Shown: one piece after another, positions 54,597-64,000 of the stretch | How positions within the stretch are numbered: the first letter of the stretch is position 1 | Layout: each line of letters begins with the position of its first letter | Assembly (NCBI GenBank): GCA_951406725.2 | Contig: OX597827.1 | Coordinates: forward strand, 66,402,001-66,466,000 | Reading direction: 5' to 3' | Length of the DNA: 64,000 nucleotides | From: Octopus vulgaris | Taxonomy: Eukaryota | Notes under the pieces: model-generated | Told to the model about the DNA's origin: nothing | What the model saw: the letters and a program-made list of their open reading frames with translations, nothing else | Databases searched by the model: none | Made by a program: the position numbers and the translations under genes

Positions 54597-54725
54597 ACAT
54601 TCAGTAGTTTTATTTTTATAACGTGCTTTCACTTCACTACCGAGCGCAAACTGTGTGCCTTGGGTATGTGCTGTGATTTGTTGTGATGCTCTGGTGGTTA
54701 CTGTATTGAAAGTGTTCTGCGTAGG

Positions 54726-54727
<2 letters not shown>
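54597..54727 (-). mobile_element. R4/Dong-like RLE retrotransposon 3' stub inside (ATT)n
   Basis: Minus strand encodes ILRRTLSIQ* (compare HILRKTLCI* at ~1400), then a short UTR. (ATT)n lies on both sides. Confidence 0.65.
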
Positions 54728-54773
<46 letters not shown>

Positions 54774-56213
54774 TATTATATCGAGAACATCGTATTATAT
54801 ATAGAAGGTTTAGGCAACATTGCCTCGCCTTTAGAAATATGGCTTTCAAACGGAAAACGATTTATAAGACAGAAAGTATAACTGTCGACCTTTGCAATTA
54901 GGAATGTTTACGTAAACAATTCATAATTCTTCTGTTCTATTCTGTAACCACGAAATTCATAAAAATACACTTATGTCCATACCAACGTATAACTAAAAGA
55001 TCAAATCGACAGACAAGTCAGTGATTTACATATACGAAAATAGCCAGACTGTAAACATGTGTGCATATATGCATATATGTGTGCATGAATGTTTGTGTAT
55101 TGACATCTCTCAAGCTAAAGGAATACTCTGATGTAACATCTGCAAATTCGTTTACATCTAACCATGGAAAATAGTTCTCTTTTTTGCGCAAATACATTAA
55201 TCACTAGAGAGTAAAAATGATCATATTCAACGCTTTTCTCCACCTAAATAAATATCAAGTGTAGATATGATCTGATATACAATAATTACCTTGCGCGCTT
55301 ATGTGAGAGCAGGGTATTGTAAGTACTCGTCTTTCTCTGTCTGTCTGTGTGTTTGCAAAATTACTGGAATACGGCTCAACGGATTTTCACCAAATTTAGC
55401 AGAAGTACTCATTAGGTAAGATGCTCGAAGTGATAAAAATTTCGTCTGATTATCTTGAAATATACATAAATACATACATTGATACCTGACTCTGTGTGTG
55501 TGTATGTGTGTGCGCACAGGTTTGTGTGCACACAATGATTCGAGGGTTTCATTTATTTACGAGCTGATTTTTAAATTTCATTGGAGAATAAATAATGGCG
55601 ATATTTAAAGAAAAATGAATAAAAATTCGAGCTTACGAATTTCCCGATAAGCAAAATTAGTCAAAAAATTACAAGCTTAATTCAGTTCAATTTGAAAGAA
55701 TGGATAAGCAACGCATTTGTAGCTACTGTGTAATTTGCGACAAATTTTATCTGTGCTCAGGGTACGCATCGCCCCTCCGAGTCCTTTTTTGGTTTCATTA
55801 TGTTATGTGTTGCATACCAAGACTGAGGTTAGCACGAAAGACCGCGAACTCAATGAATAATTCCATGATTTAATGAAACTCTGTGACATCGTGTGTAGTA
55901 AGATGTATGACGACATGCTGCAAGAAACAAGGGATGTTATACATCACTAGTATCGATGACGGACCACATGCCTGTAGATGCTGTTTGGCAGAAAAAGAAA
56001 TTAATGGCGTTGCTCTAAATGGAGTTACCGTCGCCATATAGATAGATATACATATTGCTATGTGTACGCAATCGGTGGGTTTTACCAGCAAATATCGTTT
56101 ACAAAATTTGTATCTTGCCATGGATTGATGAATTTAGCTAACGTCCAGTTGATTACATACATAAATACATACATAATAAGTATATACATACAAACATACA
56201 TACATACATACAT

Positions 56214-56245
<32 letters not shown>

Positions 56246-56330
56246 GTAAGTAAAAAAAACACCTTTTATCAATTCAATAATGAAAAATTAAATAATACCA
56301 TTTAGAAAAATTACATATTATATATATATA

Positions 56331-56380
<50 letters not shown>

Positions 56381-57794
56381 CAGGGAGAGATGAGATACAT
56401 AGATAAGAAAAGTACGAATGTCATTGTTCAAGGATGAGAAATTATTAATTCCCTCTACTTTTTCTCAAACTGTAAGATGTAATAGTGATATCACGCTTAC
56501 GTTGGGGCAATAACCTCTCAAAACAACTGGTTGATACATATAATAATGTTCTTTTGGAAAGATTGTATCTGAATTTTAAAGTGGCATCATCATCTGTGAA
56601 GCAGTTTTAATCAAAGTGCTGCTTTTTATCATCAACTTATTGGTTAATCACAAAAATGATGGCGCATGAATAGCCATCCTTTTTTAGTTTGCTACATATA
56701 TGTAATTAATTAAATTTCTCTAGGTTCTCATTTAGTCTATAATAACAACGCTATGTAAATCTTTGAGGGTTCGGTTTAGAATTTGTTATGATAGGCTCTT
56801 TTGAATAATAGGCTAAATTTCATTACAACTTCTCATCATACGGAAGAGAAGCAGTAAAATTCCTCCAAGCATGTGATATTTTGTGTCTGCAAATACTTAC
56901 AACACATAGATTATGCCAACATTTCATTTCCGAAATATTAGCAGCAACCGGGAAAATATCTAAGAGTACGAATATTATGATGTGCATGGTGGTAATTCTG
57001 TTAAAGCTATTTCTGCTGACAAATGCAGAAGCATTGAATTGATGAAACTGTTCTTTGTAAATATTTATGCGGCTTCTTCAACGTAATAAAAACCACAACA
57101 GGCAGTTTCTTTTCAATTACGCATTGTGTTGGTGAAAGCAAACACATGTCATTTATATTTTTCGATTTATAAATAGTTACAAAAATTCTAAATGACTTTC
57201 AGCATTCAATTCTCTGGTTTAATTATTAAATGATGTTATATCTATTTTGATGTCTTTCATTGTTTACAGGTCCGTTTGCCAAAAAGTAACATATAAAAAT
57301 TGGTGCTAAGAAATATTTCGGTGTTATTAAGGGGATAAACAAATATAAACAAGCCAAGAATATATATTTCAACATATGAGATTCAGTGATAGCTCATTTA
57401 TGTAAATTAAAGAATTATCACGGCAAGGAATGCTTTCGGTTTCAATAAATTCCCAACGTGGCAAATATTAATTATTCTGTCATTCAAGTTTTGTTGTTAT
57501 AAGCATTTACATGAATCAATTTCTATAACACTGAATAAATTTGGTAAGGAATATAATTGGAATAACACAAAAGGCAACCTGTAAGGGAATGTAGCTTCCT
57601 TGTCTTTTGTCAATATTTATCTTGGAAACAAATGGACCATTGATTTGGGGACTTTATAAAATATGGGTACTTGAAGTCAACATTTTACGAACAAGTCTCA
57701 TATACAGCTTATCGAGTGTTCACACACTGGCCTTGGTGAAAATCTATAGAACATTCTTCGAAGAATTGTAAAATTTAATATCTACTATATTATT

Positions 57795-58130
57795 GTGAAG
57801 GCGCAGGGCTCAGTCGTAAGGGCGTCTAGCTTACGATCGTGAGGTTGTGAGCTCGAATCCCGGACCGGGCTGCATGTTATGTTCTTGAGCAAGACACTTT
57901 ATTTCATGTTGCTCCAGTTCACACAGATGTAGAAGTGAGTTGCAACATCACTGGTGCCAAGCTGTATCGGCCTTTGCTTTCACCTTGGATAACACTGGTG
58001 GCGTGGAGAGGGGAGACCGGTATGCACGGGCGACTGCTGGTCTTCCATAAATAACCTTGCCCGGACTTGTGCCTGGGAGGTGAACTTCCCAGTTGCAATC
58101 CCACGGTCAGTCATGACCGAAGGGACTCTC
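57795..58130 (+). mobile_element. tRNA-derived SINE family D, full length
   Basis: Head ggcgcagggctcagtcgtaagggcg...agctcgaatccc, central gttcttgagcaagacactttatttc (CORE/V-like) and a distinct tail. Confidence 0.85.
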
Positions 58131-58597
58131 AACTATACTATAGAAGTATCCCACTAGAAGAGTCATTATTACGATGGTTGCAACGTATGCCATTAGTCGA
58201 TCCGTATCTCTGGACTGTGTATTCAAATACTGCTCTCCGAAATAGACATTCACGTTAATTCTTTAAGCGTAAACACGTGTGCTTTCGCGTATCTCTAGGC
58301 CTTAGCTATCCCTCCTCTCTTCTCTCCTAAATGGTTCTAACCACACCTGGAAAAGATTGTCACATATGATGAGATACGATCATGGAATGAGTTGAGGGTC
58401 AAACAAGTAAAATTTATCTATTGCCACATTCCAAACGAAGTCTTCTGTCTCCCTTGAGACAGAAGAACGATACGAATGCATATTACTTATTCGGCGCGTG
58501 AAATACTGTGTAGGACCCTTAGTATATTTCAGTAGCTTATAAGAAACTTCGGAGTCACTATAAACAACATTTTTGTATAAAAATATTAAATATTGTG

Positions 58598-58660
58598 TAG
58601 TAGTTAAGAGCGCGGGCAACTAAGACCAAGACTCCAAGTTCGATTCCAAGCAGTGACCTA

Positions 58661-58714
<54 letters not shown>

Positions 58715-59253
58715 CTTTTCTACTCTAGGCACAAGGCCCGAAGTTTTTACGGAGGGAACCAGTTGATTAAATCGACCCCGGTACGCAACTGGCACTTTAT
58801 TTATCGACCCCGAAGGGATGAAATGCAAAGTCGACGTCCACGGAATTTGAACTCAGAACGTAGCGACAGAAGAAATACCTAGTTCTTTACTACCCACAAG
58901 TGGCTAAACACAGAGAGGACAAACGGATTAAGTCTATTATATCGACCCCAGTGCGTAACTGGTACTTATTTAATCCACCCCGAAAGGAGGAAATGCAAAC
59001 TGGACGTCGGCGGAGTTTGAACTCAGAACGTAACGTCAGACGAAATACGGCTACGCATTTCGCCCGGGATGTTAACTTTTCTGCTAGCTCGCCTCCCTTA
59101 ATAATAATAATGACATCGAAATATACCTTAGGAATGAGAAACTAGATTCGAAATTTCCCCAAGATACCTGATGAAGGCTGGAGGGTATATCAGCCTAAAG
59201 GTTGTGTTAACAACAAACAATATGAGGAGAAATATCCATAAATGTAAATAATG
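58598..59253 (+). mobile_element. Putative tRNA-headed SINE with internal (AAT)n and hammerhead-like tail, split by a SINE B insertion
   Basis: Head with A-box-like tagttaagagcg and B box gttcgattcc (58638-58647), then (AAT)n. After the insert, (AAT)n resumes at 59101 and CTGATGA-a-GGCTG..CAGCC-TAAA lies at 59168-59199. Confidence 0.55.
58715..59100 (-). mobile_element. SINE family B dimer
   Basis: Two reverse-complement cores (gaccccgaagggatgaaatgcaaagtcgac; ccccgaaaggaggaaatgcaaac). Confidence 0.85.
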
Positions 59254-59341
59254 ACAATAATAATAAATATGTATTGGGTAAAAGTTCGAGTAACCCAATA
59301 GATTAATGTAAAAGTGGTTTTATTATAATTGAACATAAACA

Positions 59342-59557
59342 AGGCTGCGTGTTAGCAGAATCGTTATCACGCCGGGCAAAATGTTTAGCGGAATTTCGCC
59401 CGTCTTTGCGTTCTGATGTCAAATTCCACCGGGGTTACCTATGCTTTTCATCCTTTCGGGGGTAGATAAAGTAAGTAACAGCTGCGTCCTAGTGCCGATC
59501 TAATGGACTGGCCACTCTCCCGAATTCCAGGCCTTGTGCCTTTAGTAGAAAGGATTA
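59342..59557 (+). mobile_element. SINE family B
   Basis: gcagaatcgttatcacgccgggcaaaatg...ttttcatcctttcgggg...ggccttgtgcctttagtagaaagg. Confidence 0.82.
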
Positions 59558-59991
59558 TAAATGAACATAAATACATACATTAGTACATATACATAAGAGA
59601 TGTTCCTCCTACTGTGTTTACATACACTAATAGCGAATGCTTTGTGTGGGACTTGTGAGAGAAAGATAGACAGTGAACAAAAAATTAGCATAAAGGAATG
59701 CGATTGATTTTTATGTGAGGTGCATGGAAGCGAAAACCTGCAAACTAAATTATTTACGTGTGTTTTACAACTGTTCAATATTTACAGATATTTTAAAATA
59801 ACGTTATCAAATATATTCTAAACTTCAGTCTAATTTTCCTTTTTTGTTTCCAGAAAGGGAAATGAAAGAAAATAATTAAATAAAGTTAGTATTTTTAATA
59901 TACGAAAATAAATTGTATGAATGATATATTAAAAATAAAAAAAAAGTTGCAAGACAGAAAACTAAACCACCTTCTCCTCTCTCTCTCTAGT

Positions 59992-60040
<49 letters not shown>

Positions 60041-60428
60041 GGGGAGAGAGAGAGTGAGAGAGAGATAAATACATTTGTGTATTTATAAATATCCATATAT
60101 ACATATTATATATATACGCATATATATGCATATATATAAATATACATACATATATATATATATATATATAATTATATATATATATATATATATACACATA
60201 TATGTATACGTACATGTATATATATATAAATATTACATATATATATATATATATGCATACGCACATACACGTATAAGCAGATACACAAACACAGATGTAT
60301 GTGCATATATACCTACAAGGACTCTTTGTACATGTTCTAAGAGAACATATTAGTTCGGTATGTATTTATACATGCACACCTACAAATAGATATATACCCC
60401 CATATATATATATATATATATACACAGC

Positions 60429-60471
<43 letters not shown>

Positions 60472-60532
60472 TAGATACACACTGGCAGATAGACAAACAG
60501 ACTGATCAATCGATAGATACATAGATAGAAAA

Positions 60533-60563
<31 letters not shown>

Positions 60564-60843
60564 TCGGAGACCTTGTATGGTTTTATGAAGGTAAAATGAG
60601 GAAATGAGAAATATAATAATATAATATAATCACAAATAATGTATTAAATCAGTGAGGTTTAAATGCATTTTTGTTGCGTTTTACAAATAACTACATGGAA
60701 TTCTCCGAATTATTGCCTGCTATATTTTGATGCATAAATAGATTAAAAGAAATGCCTTACTAACCCGTGACTGTTTCACAAGCCTAAAATTTGTTATTTC
60801 ATATTATTTATTATCGTGGTAGCTTCATAAATTTCGCTTTGGC

Positions 60844-60916
<73 letters not shown>

Positions 60917-60953
60917 CTGTAAACTTGATCAATTTGAATTACACACACTACTG

Positions 60954-60994
<41 letters not shown>

Positions 60995-61770
60995 CTGTAA
61001 ACTTGATAAATTTGAATTACACACACTACTGATATATATATATATATAAATATATATATACACGTAAACAAACGCTCTTATACTCACACACAGATGTACG
61101 CGATTGAATGAACAAATATTGTAATTATGATTGTGGAATCGAGGTTTCGGTTCCCAAAGCGCGATTCATGTTGTGCTCTAGAATCAAACACTTCAATTAA
61201 CGTTCTTCTGCGATTCTTTTGACATTGGCCAGCCCATCTTTTATCATGGTCGGCATTCTAACCATGGTCAAGTCGGTCTTATCCTTATCGTTTCACGCAT
61301 GATTTGAGTGCCACTTAGCGACGTATGTAAATCCATACACTGGTTAGAAATTTCCCTCTTGGTTGTTTTGGGCGATGATATTACAGTTGTCTTCATTGGC
61401 ATTGAAGCAATTTTCGTCACTTCACTCCTATTAATTATTCTGTATTCAACTGTTCATAATCCAGTATCATTTGCCATTGATGTCACTTATTCTTTAATAT
61501 CTTTTTTCATTTATTAGACTGTGCTCCCCCCGAGACACCGACTGTAACATCTTCAGTCGAACGAATCGACCGAAGACCTGGTTTTCTTTTTCTTTTTTTT
61601 TTTTGAAAGACTGTTACTTGTTCTATCAGTATCTTCTACTGAATTCCTTACGTTACGAGGGACGTATACACAATAACACCGTTTGTAAAGCGGTGGCCGG
61701 ACTCACACATACATATACAAATATATACATATATATGTCTATACTCAAACAAATGCTCAAAGACACACAC

Positions 61771-61809
<39 letters not shown>

Positions 61810-61812
<3 letters not shown>

Positions 61813-61972
61813 CCGGCATTCGCCATGATAGCTCGCTAGCCACTAGACCTTTTCTATTTTCTCTCCCTGTTTATTTGTGTGTTCCTTTCTGTTGAAGAAC
61901 GTAGGGGCTCGAAATGTAAAAGACTTTCACACTTCCTGAGCGTTAAACTAAAACATCTGTTTGTTGTTTACG
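61810..61972 (+). mobile_element. Penelope-like terminal fragment with degenerate hammerhead-like motif
   Basis: CTGTTGA-a-GAAC-gtaggg-GCTC-GAAA-tgta at 61889-61918. Downstream ttcctgagcgt resembles the 19687/22670 family. Confidence 0.4.
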
Positions 61973-62635
61973 TTAAAGAACACTTTAATTCAATAAACTT
62001 TCTGCATTTTGGGATTCCAATATAACAATCCCAGCATCGCAATATTTCTTTTAAGTAGCTGCATATTCTAGTAGAATTTCTCGTCAAAAGCCCAGGCATG
62101 GCTGGTGGTTAAAAATCTAGCCGCGCAGCCATAGCGTTTCAGATTCAGTCCCATTGTGAGACACCTTAGATAAGTATCTTAGAATATATCCGCAGGCACA
62201 TCGCAGATTTTTAAGTGGATTAGGCAAGAGAAACCGAATGAAATCAGTGATATACATACATACACACATACATACACGAATACATACAGAAAAATATACA
62301 TACATACATACACAGACACGCACACGCACGTACCCACGCATACCCCTACACATACACACACATATGCATATAAAATTTAACGATTAACCTGTCACCGTAT
62401 TCTTTGAAATCGAGAAACCTGATAATATTCCTTATCCAGAGAAGCGAACCCGGTTTTACTAATCGGAAAAATTATGGCGAAAATTGACGCCTGGTTCTAC
62501 TTGATGAGGTTAGCCGTAACCTGGAACATATCTAAGAGCTATCACAGTACTTTACTGGATAATTCTATATGTACATATATATTATTATATTGATAGATAA
62601 CATTATATAGACAATATATAACATTACATAGACAT

Positions 62636-63262
62636 AGACGGAGGCATACGTTTAATGCTTGGAGTCAAGAGGGTGACTGTTAGGAGACACTATATCTGAC
62701 AAAAGGACTATGCACCATGCAACGTAAACAGCAGATCTCTGTCATGGCTGTCAGACAACTCATTTGACCACACTACCCCTAACATCTGGCCATTTAACTC
62801 TTCAGGCTGCAACCCCCTTAAGTATTATGTATGAGGCACATTTGAGCAAGACACCAACAAAACTCCTTGTGGCACCAAAGATGAACTAAAGGTAAAGATT
62901 ATGACAGCATTCACCAACTTGAGCAAGGACACCGTTCAGAAGAGTTGCAGGATATTTTGAAGTCGTCTGGAAGGAGTGGTTGAAGTCAATGGCGATTTTA
63001 TTGAATAAATTTACCCTTCAGAATTTATTTTTTGTTTTTGGCAGATGTTTCAGCTCATAGCTGTGGCCATGCTGATGCACCGCCGTTAGAAATATGGAAC
63101 GCTTCACGAATTTAAGTGTGATCCATGCGCAGAGGCCATGCTAATATTCTCTGTATCGTTCCAATTTTAAAGGTAAATTTGGCAAATATATCTTTCAAAA
63201 TTGGATGTCAGTGTTATTTTCATTTTGCGTAATGTAGTCGACAGTCTTTGCATCGCACCCTG
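62636..63262 (+). mobile_element. maT (DD37D Tc1/mariner) transposon 3' remnant, interrupted by the U6 chimera
   Basis: QKDYAPC...WLSDN...TPNIWPFNSSGCNPLKYYV*G...TKDELKVKI...SRLEGVVEVNGDFIE* (stop 63006-63008). There are 37 residues between the second D and the third catalytic position. Ends cgcaccctg. Confidence 0.82.
63090..63168 (-). pseudogene. U6: U6 snRNA retropseudogene (5'-truncated) fused to a LINE 3' tail (63046-63089)
   Basis: Minus strand AAAATTGGAACGATACAGAGAATATTAGCATGGCCTCTGCGCATGGATCACACTTAAATTCGTGAAGCGTTCCATATTT differs at 6 of 79 nt from the metazoan U6 sequence as I recall it. The ACAGAGA box and AGC triad are present and the 5' stem-loop is missing. Confidence 0.95.
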
Positions 63263-63338
63263 CATATGTACATGGATATATGAACATATCACCGTGTGCT
63301 TATGAGTGTGTAAGTGTATGTGCGTGTGCGTGTATGTG

Positions 63339-63418
<80 letters not shown>

Positions 63419-64000
63419 CACGTTTGTGTAAGTGTGTTTTATAGGAAAAATAGGACCGATATAATATATACCTCCCCTAAAACATTAAATACTGTGGTCG
63501 TTTCGTTCGATTACAAATTCTTCAATGCAGTGCTACAGCATGGCCGCATTCTAATAACTGAAAGAAGTTGAAAACAAAAGCTACAGATAAAAATCTCATC
63601 AAGTCCTTATTCGAAAGAACAACAATAAGCCTTAGACGTGTTTTATTCTTCTTTAACTGTAACTGATGTAATCCAGAACGTTGCTTTGATTGTTCATGTT
63701 GTAATTCCCGTTGTTTTGATTAATGGTTTTGCTACATTTGTTAATCTTGTTCTTTATTTTATCATTATGTAGCACTCCCAGCCTCGCTCCTTTCCTATAT
63801 TTCGTGTTTTGGTGATATTTTTTTTTTTCATTTTAACTTGATCAAAGAACACCTTTGTCATTCCACGTAGCCGTTTGATGAAACGTTTGAAGGAAGTCAA
63901 AGAAATTTCCGAACGTGTGATTTATTGTTGTTTCAGTAAAGTCTCACACATTTGCCTCAATTGAAAGGAATATAATAAAGTTATATTTTTTCAGCAGTAT

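Noticed and set aside
56420-57780. Long stretch free of recognisable repeats, examined for exons or a decayed transposase
   Set aside because: No ORF of 60 aa or more in the track, and I recognised no protein motif in the parts I translated by eye. It needs BLASTX or RNA-seq.
63090-63168. Functional U6 snRNA gene
   Set aside because: It lacks the 5' ~26 nt stem-loop and any upstream promoter context, has 6 substitutions and is fused to a retroelement tail.

Overview
AT-rich eukaryotic (animal) DNA, most likely intergenic or deep intronic. The SINE and microsatellite make-up resembles a coleoid cephalopod (Octopus-like) genome, which is an inference. I found no host protein-coding exon I can support, and nearly all ORFs in the track are microsatellite translations. 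The window is dominated by decayed mobile elements: at least four tRNA-headed SINE families (over 25 copies), CR1/L2-group LINE 3' fragments, R4/Dong-like RLE retrotransposon ends in (AAT)n tracts, mariner, maT (DD37D), hAT and piggyBac remnants, non-autonomous Helitrons and Penelope-like tails. The best leads are: (1) a U6 snRNA fused to a LINE 3' tail and inserted into a maT transposon; (2) several minimal hammerhead-ribozyme-like motifs, one apparently ending a tRNA-headed SINE; (3) a 3' tail motif shared by two LINEs, a SINE family and the U6 chimera; (4) modular head/tail swapping among SINEs; (5) three long hairpins and three local duplications, one of which shows the empty site of a LINE insertion. 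SINE family names A-D are my own labels and coordinates were read by eye.
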